Source: Octopus sinensis (taxonomy: Eukaryota). From it: DNA of 64,000 nucleotides. The position numbers and the translations under genes are program-made. The stretch lies in assembly GCF_006345805.1 (NCBI RefSeq), contig NC_042999.1:147250001-147314000 (forward strand), in the 5' to 3' direction. A model generated the notes under the pieces. It was not told where the DNA came from and did not search any database. It was given only the letters and a program-made list of their open reading frames with translations. Shown one piece after another: positions 26,926 to 38,889 of the stretch (positions are counted from its first letter, which is position 1; every line of letters starts with the position of its first letter).

Positions 26926-28348
26926 GTTTACATTGAAGAATTATATAATCCTAATAACATTAACGATAATGCTTTACGTTGCGAGACGTAAACGCCTGCA
27001 GGAAATAATATTTTTCTCTGAGAAACTTATATCATTAATCATTCGAGAACATTATTATTATTATGAACACAATACGAAAAAAAAAAAATGACGAATCTAA
27101 TATTCTAAGCAATCTTTTAAATCTAAATTTGGAGTCTAATACTAATAAAAACAAACAAATGAGGAGCAGAATTCGAAAAGGTCATTTCTATGTTATGAGA
27201 AAGCAAAATCTACATCTTCACAATAATTACCCTAACTGCAATAAATTGTGAAAGAAGGAAACAGTATTGATTAGTAAGCATAAACATGTGTTTGATAATG
27301 GCCAATATACGCATACACAAAATAAGATGGTTCAAAATACTGTGTGATAGTTAAATAGTAGATTGTTTTATTTAAGGTACGTGGATTTTTTTTTCACTGA
27401 CTAGAATATGCGATTGAAATATGCGCAGTGTGCTTGATGATCTGTAATAAATATAAGAAAGATTTGGTTAGGCAGAAGTTTCAGAGTGGAACATAAAATG
27501 GATTGCCGCCCCTTTTCATTATATTTCGGCATTAGAAATTGAGAAATCACTCTCACTAAAATACGGGAATCGATGAAATCGATTGTATCTTTCCCCTGAT
27601 TTCTGGACTGTTGTATAACTTAGAGATCATTTTTATTCATGGAAGACAAAAGAAAGAAGAAACAGATATCAACAGAAACCTGACATTATAGGAAAGATAT
27701 GTCGGCTAAAACATAGACACACCGAGAGAGAGATAGAAAGAGAGAGACAGAGACAGACAGACAGAGACAGATATACGTACAGACAGAGACAGACAGAGAC
27801 AAGGAGAAAGAAAATGAATGAGATTGAGAGAGAATAAAACAGGCAGACAGACATCAGATAGGGACAGATTTCAGAGCTAGGGCAAAGATTAAATTAAGGT
27901 TGGCAAAGCAGGAAAATGTTGAACAAAGAAAAAATTATTCATTTAAAATTTCACTCACTGGACAGCACCTACATGTGTGCATTCATATATACGTATATAT
28001 GAATACGTACATATCAATATTTCGCTTTTGGGGCTGAGGAGGATATAACACCTCTGAAATACATGCAGCCACTAGTGTGGTTAGGGTACGCTTCAAAATG
28101 CCTCAATGTGTTTACATTTATTCATCCACAATAAGAAAATTTCTCCTTGACAAAATACACTGAATAGCATGTTTACGCGTTTCATTATGCCTCAAGTATA
28201 TTTGAACTGGTATCAACTTTATATAATACTTAATTACTTAATATATATATATATATATATAAGTTCAGTAAAATTTAGATTCAGATGAATATGGTAGGCT
28301 TATTTTGATTGTGCATGTATATATGTGTGTATATATATATATATATAT

Positions 28349-28384
<36 letters not shown>

Positions 28385-28387
<3 letters not shown>

Positions 28388-31123
28388 TTTGATTTTGATT
28401 TTGATTTTTCCAGTTTCAGCTAATGAGCTGTGGCCATGCTGGGGCACCGCCATTTGGTTTGCGGTTTGCTACACGGTTTTACCTCACGGATGCTTTTTAG
28501 CAAACGCCATCTGATGCATGAGAGAGTTCGATGCAGCTGCCTCATCTGCACCTCCTACCGTGAAGTTGGTTCATCCGGGACACCTGACAGGAAGAGATCC
28601 AGTCCTACTTTAAAGACATCCGCATCTACACCATGCAGGTCCCTCAGGTTCTTCGGGAGGATATTGAAGAGCCGTGGGCCTCTGAAGCCCAGGCTATCAC
28701 AATATCTTGTCCTACATCTTGATGGCAAATTTGGAGTCCTTGGTACTACGCAGTGGCGTCCGGTTCTGGCATTTGTGTGACTCTCGATGCCAAAGTCTGG
28801 GACAAGACCTTCCAGGATCTTCCAGATATATATTATGGCATATCTTTCTCGCCTACGCTCCAGGGAATAGAGCTTTAATCTCTTGAGTCTCTCCCAGTAG
28901 CTCATATGCTGCACAGAGGCTATCTTCTTCGTGTAGCTTCATTGGATCGCCTCAAGTTCTGTGATCAACTTGACACTGGATGGTGACCATACCTGAGAGC
29001 AATAGTCAAAGTGGCTTAGTACAAGTGTCTTCCAGAGGACCATCATAGTTTCTTGTTCTCTTGTTCTAAAGGTTCTAAGAATCCAGCCAGCCAGCCGTCT
29101 ACATTTCATTGTCAGTTTAGCAACATGTACATGAAAGGTCGCGTCATCACTCATGTGAATACCCCGGTCACGCACTGATTGTGCCTCTGGGATTGCAATC
29201 CCTCCGGGTCCAGTGTATTCATTGGGTATTGCATTCAGTTTTGCATGCTGATAGTATAAAGCTTGAAACTTTTCAGCATTGAACTGCATGCTATTCTTTT
29301 CAGCCCACTTGTATATTTCGTCCAGCTCACATTGCAGGTGCTTAGTGTCTTCAGGGTTCTGTATTGCCTGTGAAACCTTTGTATCATCTGCATAACTTGT
29401 GATCGTGGCTCTCTGCGTGGCTGAGGGCATGTATGAACAGTAGTGGTCCCAAAACAGTGCCCTGCGGAACACCGCTCACTATTTGCGTGCTAATTGGCTG
29501 CTACCACCTGACTTCTATTCTTCAGAAAGTCATGAAGCCATTCTCCTAGTTTTCCAACTATGCCAAGATCACGCAGCTTGTGACATATCATTCCATGATC
29601 GACTTTATCGAAGGCCTTTGCGAAGTCGAGATATATGACTTCCACATTTGAGTGGTTGAGCAGTTGTTTCAGCACCCAGTCATAGTGCTGCAGGAGCTGA
29701 GTTAAGCAGCTTCTTCTTGGTCGGAAACCATGTTGGGTGTCAGGCAGCAAGTCATTTTCTTCAAGGAAGATGATTACTTTCCTCCTGACTATTCGTTCCA
29801 TGACCTTGCTGATGTGTGAGGTCAGAGAGATAGGTCTGTAGTTCTTGGCCTCCCCTCTGCTACCTCCTTTATGAATAGGGCATATTTTACCTTCCTTCAG
29901 TTTTCTTGGAAGTTTGCCCGCTGCAAGGAAGCTCTGAAAGAGGAACTGCAGTGGTCTTGCTAGGACTCTCTTATACTTTTAGGAGGATTGCCGGGAATCC
30001 ATCGGGGCCAATAGCTGAGTCTGTTTTCATTTCATCTATAGCCTTTATTACATCGTCTTCCTTTATATCGATGTAATTTATCGTCGCCGCCTCTGATTCT
30101 ATATCTGCAGTGGTAAAGAAGTCAGTTGGATTGCTGATTTGGAAATGCCCAAGGGGTGGAGTGAAAACACTCTTGAATTGTTCATTCAGTATTCACTTAC
30201 CCTCATTGGTTTTCCTGTGAGTGTGCCATCCTTTTCAAGGAGTGGCCCTATCCTACAGTGCACCGTAGCTGTTTCTTTGGCATACCTGTGAAAGCTCTGG
30301 GGTTAGTTTTTATGTTGTCTATAGCCAAGGCTTCTTTGTCTGCTCTTTCCTTCTCATGGGAGAGTTGCAGACAATTTTCAATTTCCAACAGTTTTATTTT
30401 CAGGCGGGACTTTTCACTGCTTTCAATTGTTGTTTAGGCGATTTGAAATTTTTGTACGCCGTCTCATTAAAATTTTCCTCTCTCTGGGGATTTTGTTCTT
30501 GTGTACCGTGGCCTTTCTCTCTGGGACACATTTGTAGCATATGGCTTGCATTACAGACATGAATTGTTGAAGTATCATGTCGATGTCCGGCGAGGAGAGA
30601 CATTCAGGCCAGTTTTGTTTGAGGATCTCTTTCTCAATTTGTTTCCAGTTTGCCTTATTGAAGTTCAAGCTGGAAAGATTCTGAGGGTTTCTTGTAGGCT
30701 GCATGTCCGTGCTCTCTTTTGGCCCGTACATGGTCAGCTCTACCATGTTGTGATCCGAGAGTAGTGTCGGTGTCACTTTCACATTATGGATGAGATCCAT
30801 ATTATTTGTGAAGCAGAGATCCAGTGTGTTACCTGCTCTGGTTGGTTGGAGTATTACTTGCTCCATGTACAGGGTGTTGATGAGGTTCAGGAGGGACCTC
30901 GCCTGTCCTCGTTCACATCTTGTCATTCCTGGGAGAGAAAGGCCCTCGGGCCATCTGACATTGGGTAGATTGAAGTCTCCCATGAGAAGTACACTTATGT
31001 GTTGTTCTAATGTGATTAGAACTTCTTCTATTTTTAAAAGGCAGTCCTCAAACTTGCCCATATGACTTGGGGCATCTGGAGGACGATATGTAGCACACAC
31101 AACTACATCAAGTTGCCTTATGT
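28385..31123 (-). mobile_element. 5'-truncated CR1-group LINE (APE endonuclease + RT), disrupted ORF2, with 3' UTR and (CAAAAT)n tail
   Basis: APE: TYRPPDA..LLMGDFNLP..LDL.FTN. RT: NYRPISLTS, QHGFR, YLDFAKAFDKVDH, YADDTK. C-terminus: LERRRERY. Small deletions split the ORF near 29490 and 28930. Confidence 0.95.
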
Positions 31124-31241
<118 letters not shown>

Positions 31242-31245
31242 ATAT

Positions 31246-31365
31246 TGCTCACGGCAGGAAATACAGATGAGGGCAGCAGCATCAAACTTCCCCATTCACC
31301 AAATACCACATATCAGAAGGGACATTAGACAATGGTGTAACAGAGGCAACGGTGGTGCCCCATCA
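31246..31365 (+). mobile_element. Diverged 3'-end fragment of the same CR1-group LINE family, opposite orientation
   Basis: TCACGGCAGGAAATACAGATGAGGGCAGCAGCATCAAACT aligns with LINE TCACGGTAGGAGGTGCAGATGAGG-CAGCTGCATCGAACT. It ends GGTGGTGCCCCA. Confidence 0.7.
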
Positions 31366-31509
31366 TTGTATATACATATATATCCATATATATATATATA
31401 TATGACTTTATTCTAGAAAATAATAGAAAGCATGGAAGTGCTCGAGTTAAACCAGAGACGATAGATAGATTCAAGAAATACAAGGAAGAAATTCAACTCA
31501 GCCAGACTA

Positions 31510-32055
31510 CGATTGGTGTATACATATACGGATTTAATAAAAAGAATTGTCTAAAACATATAGTAGTACGTTCAAAACATAGAGTTATAGAAATATAAAA
31601 GTATATATGAATGTTAAAAATATACAAGGACAAATAAATATATAAATATATAAATATAATGGAGGATAGGTAAAAATATAGATGTGGATAATAAAATATA
31701 GAAAGATATTTCATTTAAAAATTATGGAATGTGGGGAGTAATAAATGTTTCTGGTACTATACGTAAATGAAAAGGAATACTTTTCATTTAAGTATGGTAC
31801 AAAAAACCCTTTCTAAACATTTATTACTCACTGTATTCCATTACTTTTAAACGAAATGTCTTTCCATATTTTATCATCCTCATCTATATTTTTACCTATA
31901 CTTCATTATATTTTTAAATATGAATATATTTATTTGTCCTTGCATATTTTCAACATTCACATATACATTAATATTTCTATAACTCTATCTTTTGAATGCA
32001 TTAATATGTTTTAGACAATTCGTTTTATTCAAACTGTATATGTACACTCCAATTG
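31510..32055. repeat. About 545-bp AT-rich fold-back (two diverged arms of about 265 bp, 5-nt loop)
   Basis: Centre GAAAAG-GAATA-CTTTTC at 31769-31785. The arms align along their whole length. Confidence 0.9.
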
Positions 32056-32101
32056 CATACACACACTCACATAGGTATATGTATGTATGTGTCTATATAT
32101 A

Positions 32102-32154
<53 letters not shown>

Positions 32155-32169
32155 CATATATATATACAA

Positions 32170-32291
32170 AGAATGAAGAACGAACACAAAAAATACAACA
32201 ATGCGAGGACGTGGTACATGTAAGGTATTAGCAGACGCTCAGGGAAGGAAAGAAAAAATGGTTTAAAGTTTCGAGCAAGGCTCTTCTTCAG
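32170..32291 (-). mobile_element. Penelope pseudo-LTR-like repeat with an HHR core
   Basis: CTGAAGA-A-GAGC-CTT-GCTC-GAAAC at 32291-32268, but no NUH triplet follows. Same family as 3895-4140. Confidence 0.65.
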
Positions 32292-34310
32292 AATCAGCGG
32301 AGTCCAATAGAAAGGTAGACGGAGGAAAAAAATCGCAAACGATTCACGTGGTTACATTTTGAAAAATATGAACATATATATATATACTTATATATACATA
32401 CATACACACACATACGCATACGCATATACATATCTAAGTCATAATATATGGATTCAACTATGCCAACTGTACTCATAAATATGAAGCCCTATATTTCGTA
32501 AATATTGTCTCTAAAATCTCTTGTTTAGTTGCAGTTTCTTAGTATTTCTCTTTGTATTTTTGCGATCTTTATCTCCTACTCTGTTAATAATAATTATATC
32601 ACTTTTCTTTTATTATACCAATAATATTTTACTCGTTATGGTCGTAGCAAAATCTACTAGGTACTTTACAATTACATTACTAAAATCCCATTCTCTCTGT
32701 TAGAAAATAGTCGTAATATCTTGTATTAATTTTATAATTATTGTCTTCCGCAACTTTTAAGGTTCTATTGAGTTCGCATTCTTGAAACGTTAAGTTGAGA
32801 CATTATTATTTAAGACATTTTTTCTCTCACCTGAACTTCTCAGCATTAAAATCTGATATGTAAGATCTTCGCTACCCTGATAAGACGAGGGCACGTCTTA
32901 TCGAATGTTGATGACATCTATAACAGCTGTATATTCTGGTGATCTACATCCACCAACATTGTCATGTGTCTCCGAGACCCCAGAAACAGCTGTTGAACAT
33001 ATAATTCCTTTCTTCCACCCCATTTAATTTTCTCTGTCCTTTGTATTCTCATCTATTAATATAAATATCTATATATTTATATTTAAATATTCATAGTATG
33101 AAAGTCTTCAGCTATTGCTTTCTCTCGTTTTTCATATGTACATATATGCACATTTTGTATTTCGTACCCAAATTATTATATTTAATATAATTAACTTGTT
33201 TATCCGCATAATTAATTCTATATCCGGTCAACTTGGAATCAATCCTCTCTAAATACTTCGGATTTTAAGTATGAATACTTCGAGCACTAATAGGTATCTT
33301 CTATACCGACAATCTCTGGATCCCATCTGTGGAATATGTGTGTGTATGCGTGCGTGTGTGTGTGTGCGTGTGTTTGTGTGTGCGTGCGTGCGTGTGTTTA
33401 TATATATATGTATATATATATATAGCAAATATGTAACAAGGATGTCGAGGTATTAAATACAATGCGACCGTTTCAAATTGAGTAATGTTTGAATTATTCG
33501 ATTAAATGGAGACGCCTGAAACGGCAGTATTGCATTGATACCTTAACAACCTTGTTACTTGTTTGCTTTTCATTCACCTTACTTTGAGCCTTGCGGATAA
33601 TACCGGACTGGATTGGTGCATCAACTTAAGTACCTTATTCAACTGGATTTTAATTATTTCTTATATATGTGTATGTGTATTTGTGTGAGTGTGCGTGCGT
33701 ATGTGTTCGAGAGTGTGGGTTCGTGAATGTGTGTTCGTGTGTATCTATGCATTTGTGTGAGCGTATGTGAGTGTGAAACCCATATCGATCTCAAGAAGCG
33801 TCATTGATGAAGTGTGCAGGGGCATCAGAGAATGATGTGTAAAAAATGGTTTGTCTTGAATGGCCAGATGGTTCCAGGAAAAGGTTGGACGTCGACTAAG
33901 AATAGTGTGATGACGGCTGGAAATACAACGAATAGCCAAGGGTGATAACAAATGGGCTGTGAGGGTTAACAGACCTTATATCTTTTGTGAAGGATTCGGG
34001 AAGAGCTGTGACTAGTCTTAAGGATATATTCCTCCATATGTTCCTGAGCGGCGAGTAGCATTCGAATCCACAACGGATGGAACAGTTGGATAAGAAATCA
34101 ACTACGGATTCGGAATGCGTTTGCGAGATTTTAAAGTATCTGCATTGCTTGAGGTTTCACAATGCCAAAATGCAACGTACTGAGAAGATGCATGTACCAC
34201 AACTTACAGGAAATATATCTTAATAAGACGCAGAAGGTGCCAGGACCGAAGTCAAGCCACAGTTCCGGAACCTCCTAAATATATAACATCGTAGGGTAAA
34301 ATGACATTAA

Positions 34311-34660
34311 GTTAACAAGAAAGAATGGCGCCAGTTTCATATGGATGTCGAACACATCTTGCAAGTAACAAAGCAGATACTGAGGTCAGAACAAGACAAA
34401 AGTGTAAATCAATGTAAGCTTTCAAAGTTGTAGACTAAGACACAGATCGTTGTGGGCATTGTATCTCCAGAAAGATCTAACCTGTTTATCAAGTCAACAC
34501 CTCAATATAACAAGTTGGAAGGAAAAGACTCGAGGCTTCTGAGGTGCGAGCCTTGACTGAAAAGGAACGAAACATCAAATGTTTTAGGATAAGGCGTCAG
34601 GATACCCAGTTAAGATGGGAGAAATTGGAGCCCAACAGGATAAAATTCCTAATTCAGGTA
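34311..34660 (+). pseudogene. HERO-like RLE LINE fragments
   Basis: VNKKEWRQFHMDVEHILQVT (34311-34375) and SEVRALTEKERNIKCFRIRRQDTQLRWEKLEPNRIKFLIQ (34538-34657) resemble the pre-RT and post-RT motifs of HERO-type elements as I recall them. Confidence 0.55.
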
Positions 34661-35579
34661 ATTAATATCTTAGCAAGCCTTACCAACTCGTTTCACTGAA
34701 AAAAAATTGAGTCTCTATTCTTCCCCAGTGCATTTCGAGATGAACCATGCAGCACATCCTCAGTAGCTGCTTAAAAAACCAAAATTTACCTTTGGAGGCA
34801 TGACAAGGATTTTCAAGGTCATAGTAGACACCATACAAGGTGGGGTTGGTCATTGCAAGCACTTCAAGTTCTCGTTAGCTTCGTCAGAGCTACCGAGATT
34901 TCCCAAAATTTGTTTTCTTGATTGCCATTTCTCAAACATAATTATACGTCGTGTAATATTCTGCATAATGTAGGATAATGTAACACATTATCTCTGCCTT
35001 GTTTAGCTATCTCATAATTCATTAATAATAATTACTATGAAAACCTGCTAATCACTTCTAAAGCATTCTTTCTCGATTCTTTCCTATCTAATACGTCTAC
35101 CGCCTCACATCAGTATATGTCATTTAATACATAACTAATATTAATATAGAAATAATTCAATCAATATCCCCATCTATTACATTAAGCTTTATATATACTT
35201 AATAAGCGAAAGCCTCAAGTCCTCTAATTATGATATTTATTTCACCTCTACGTTAAATAGCTACTAACAGTCAACAAATGTCTTCACAGGATAAAAGGAT
35301 TCAACTACTTTCGCTCCTTCCCATCTTCACTTGAATTATCCCCCTTTCTCTTATATATTAATATAAAGGTTTTCTCTCTATTTTCTATGTCTTGTTCATA
35401 CATTTTGCAAATTCTATTGCATTTTCGTACATTAATCTATGTCCACTATCCACGTGTGTGTATGCTATATATGTAAGTATATATGTACGTGAGTGTCTAT
35501 CTCTTTCAGTGATTTATATATATATGTGTGTGTGTATGTGTGTGTGGTGTGTGTGTGTGTGTGGTGTGTGTGTGTGGTG

Positions 35580-35610
<31 letters not shown>

Positions 35611-35928
35611 TGTGCGCGCGTAACATGGTACAATGATAAACAGGGCAACTTGGAGGCATTTCTCCGCACACTGAGAAAAATGTCAACCTTAGTCGATTTT
35701 CAAACCATATTGGTTTCTATTCAGAGACGTCCACATCATTCTGATATTCTCCAGAGAAACCAGCAGCCAAACTGTTTATCAACTCAACAAATACTGTAGT
35801 TACTCTATGAAATAGTTCCTAATTTGCACACCGAAACTGTTTAAAACTGTATTAATACCAGCGGCCTGACAACGGGGATCTTAGTCCACACAGTATGAAG
35901 GTATAATAAATGTGTAACATATGGTATG

Positions 35929-36008
<80 letters not shown>

Positions 36009-36199
36009 AGTGTGCGTGTGTGTTTGTGTGTGTGTATTTAAAGAGCTAAAAAACCACTAAGTGTTCAGCCGTATGCTAGAAGTAGATCACCAACGATCAA
36101 ACTACAAAGAAAAGAATGTTCTCTAGAGAAAAATTCAGCGGACACCAGAACAATATGCGGGCAAGACAGATGAAAATTATATAAAAACAAGAATTACTC

Positions 36200-36359
36200 G
36201 CAGACCGAGTATATAGGAAGAGTTTACGAAAAAAACAAAAGACGAAGACAGGTGGTGTACAAAACAAGCAGATGTATTAGTATAACCATCAGGAATAGAA
36301 AAAGTCTTTTACGTTTCGAGCCTACGCTCTTCTAGAAAAGAGCGTAGGCTCGAAACGTA
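36200..36359 (-). mobile_element. Penelope pseudo-LTR-like repeat ending in a palindromic HHR-half duplication
   Basis: CTAGAAGAGCGTAGGCTCGAAACGTAAAAGAC..CTAATACATCTG..CACCACCTGTCTTCGTC. The same family occurs at 44651-44770 and 54055-54137. Confidence 0.75.
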
Positions 36360-36394
36360 TATATATATATATATATTTGTAGATAAAGGAAACA

Positions 36395-37060
36395 GTCATC
36401 GCGATATAAACACCGAGGATACATGGGAATTGGTCAGCCATTTCTAATGGAATATAAATACCGACCAAATCAGCTAATTCATCTGAGTCAGAAAACCCCA
36501 TCAGCATATCAAAGCAGTCAGGTCTACCTTTACGAACACAAAGTTTGTTATCAAATTTAATAATAGATTTTCCCGCTGTGAAAACAACATCAATTTCATC
36601 CCAGGGGAGTCAGCTTTATTGTGCACGAACCATAGGGCTTTATGAAGGATGGTGGTGTTGACAGAGGAATAATAACTATAGATGTCAAGCTGGATAAATT
36701 TAGTGTTTAGTTTATTACCGATAGAGTTGAAACCTTCCACAACTTATATTAAGTTTAAATTTTTTTTGTCATCGACGGAATGTACTTATCAAGAATATTT
36801 TTGCTAAGTATACCGATATCAGAGGGGCAGATAAGATTGCAAGTTGGGTGATTGAAGAAGTTAGGTTTGTGGTCCTTTAAGACAAAATGGGTTTGCTTTG
36901 GGCTTATTAGCTTCTAGGTTAGCCTTTCTGAAGGCATTTTACTAGTAGTCTTTAAGTGATACAGATTAACAGTTTTATCCGATTGAACACGTAGGCCTTC
37001 CATGCTGTTCATTTCTTTGCTAATATTATGTACATATCTTAGATGTTTTTTTGTTAAGGG
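36395..37060 (-). pseudogene. Penelope-like (Naiad-type) RT core relic
   Basis: [69 protein letters not shown]. Confidence 0.85.
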
Positions 37061-37075
37061 TAAAGGTAAATATAC

Positions 37076-37351
37076 GTGTATATGTATGCAGGTGTGCATG
37101 TGTATATATATATATATATATATTATAATATATATATACATACATACATATACACATATATATACATATATGTATATATACATATATACATATATATATA
37201 CATATATATGTATATATATATATGTATGTCCATATGTATATATATGTATTATATATATGTATGTCCATATGTATATATATATGTATATAAATATATACGT
37301 ACATATAAATAAATATATAAATATATATATGCATATATGTATACAGATGTG

Positions 37352-37385
<34 letters not shown>

Positions 37386-37415
37386 ATATACAGAGAGAGA
37401 GAGAGAGAGAGAGAA
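37076..37415. repeat. Degenerate (TA)n and (GA)n
   Basis: Directly visible. Confidence 0.95.
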
Positions 37416-37956
37416 ATACACTAAGACAGAGGGTGGGATATTGAAAGGGACATTTGTAAGAGAACTTGTGAAACATACCGGTAGAGGAAGACATATTGGT
37501 TTAGAAAATTGATAAAAAATAGGTCGCTATTTCCCTAATTATTGTAAAGTAGAGCATCACTGACATCTCTTTCTAATTGTCATCTGTGTAGAACCCGCAG
37601 TTAATAAATATGGATATCGGAAGTCACTCAAGCCAGTAAGTTTAGTGCCTCGGTGATAGCTGCATAATGATAGTAATGTTAATAGATCTTTGAAGCTGAC
37701 CCATATTTTAATATTGTAAACGATCATTTCCATATACTTATAACAAAAATTAACACTCATACGTAAATACAGAGATGTATAAGCAAGCGTGCATAGTCTT
37801 CAATGCATTTGCAGAATGACATATGTGGATATGTATTTGTGTGTCTTTTAGTAGTCTTTGAACTATCCAGTATCACTTTGCCATCTCCTAGCTATGTATG
37901 CACTTGTGTGTTCAGAGGGCCTTGTCCAAGTATGCGATTGTGATGGATGTATATAA

Positions 37957-37988
<32 letters not shown>

Positions 37989-37996
37989 GGCGAAAA

Positions 37997-38227
37997 AGGC
38001 GGCGAGCTGACAGAAACGTTAGCGCCCCGGGCGAAATGCTTAGCGGTATTTCGTCTGACGTTACGTTCTGGGTTCAAATTCTGCCGAGGTAGACTTTGCC
38101 TTTCATCCTTTCGGGTCGATAAATAAAGTACCAATTTCGCACTGGGGTCGATGTAATCGACTTAATCCATTTGTCTGCCCTTGTTTGTCCCCTCTATATT
38201 TAGCCCCTTGTGGGTAGTAAAGAAATA
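37997..38227 (+). mobile_element. SINE family B, near full length
   Basis: AGGCGGCGAGCTGACAGAAACGTTAGC..GGGTTCAAATTC..GGGGTCGATGTAATCGAC..GCCCCTTGTGGG. Confidence 0.9.
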
Positions 38228-38697
38228 TATTATATATATACATATATTATATATATATGTGTATGTGTGACAGAGTGTGTGTGAGTATACATATACATAT
38301 ATATACCTATACACACACGCACATATATATGTCAACATTTGCATAATTATGCATACATATGTTATACATATACGCAATATATATATATATGTACGCGTGT
38401 ATGTGTGACGTTGTGTGCGGGCACTTAATGTGTGTGTGCGCGTGTGTATCTTTGTTTGTGTACGCATTTGTATTTAATTCGTGCAAAGGAGAGAAAAACA
38501 GTCAATAGTGACGCTTCATTTTTTGCTCTTCTAAGTGAGGTCTAAGAAATAATCGCATAATTAATAATGTATAGAGAATGCATTATATAAACGATTACAT
38601 GACGGGAATTATGTATGATGTATATATATATTACACCATACACGCACGACACTCACAGACGCGCGCGCTCGGGCACACACACATACACCCTATTATA

Positions 38698-38763
<66 letters not shown>

Positions 38764-38889
38764 GATAGAGGAGAGAGGAGAGAGAGAGAGAAACTCGAGA
38801 GTACGAACACTGAAAGTATCAATTTATTTATATAATAGTCAATTTCATGTTTCCTACGCACGTTTCAATTCCTCACCAAGTCCGTTTTT

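Noticed and set aside
32877-32907. CTGATAA-GACG-AGGGCA-CGTC-TTATC-GAAT as a hammerhead
   Set aside because: G8 is missing and an insertion extends the stem over the core. It is a 9-bp hairpin at most.
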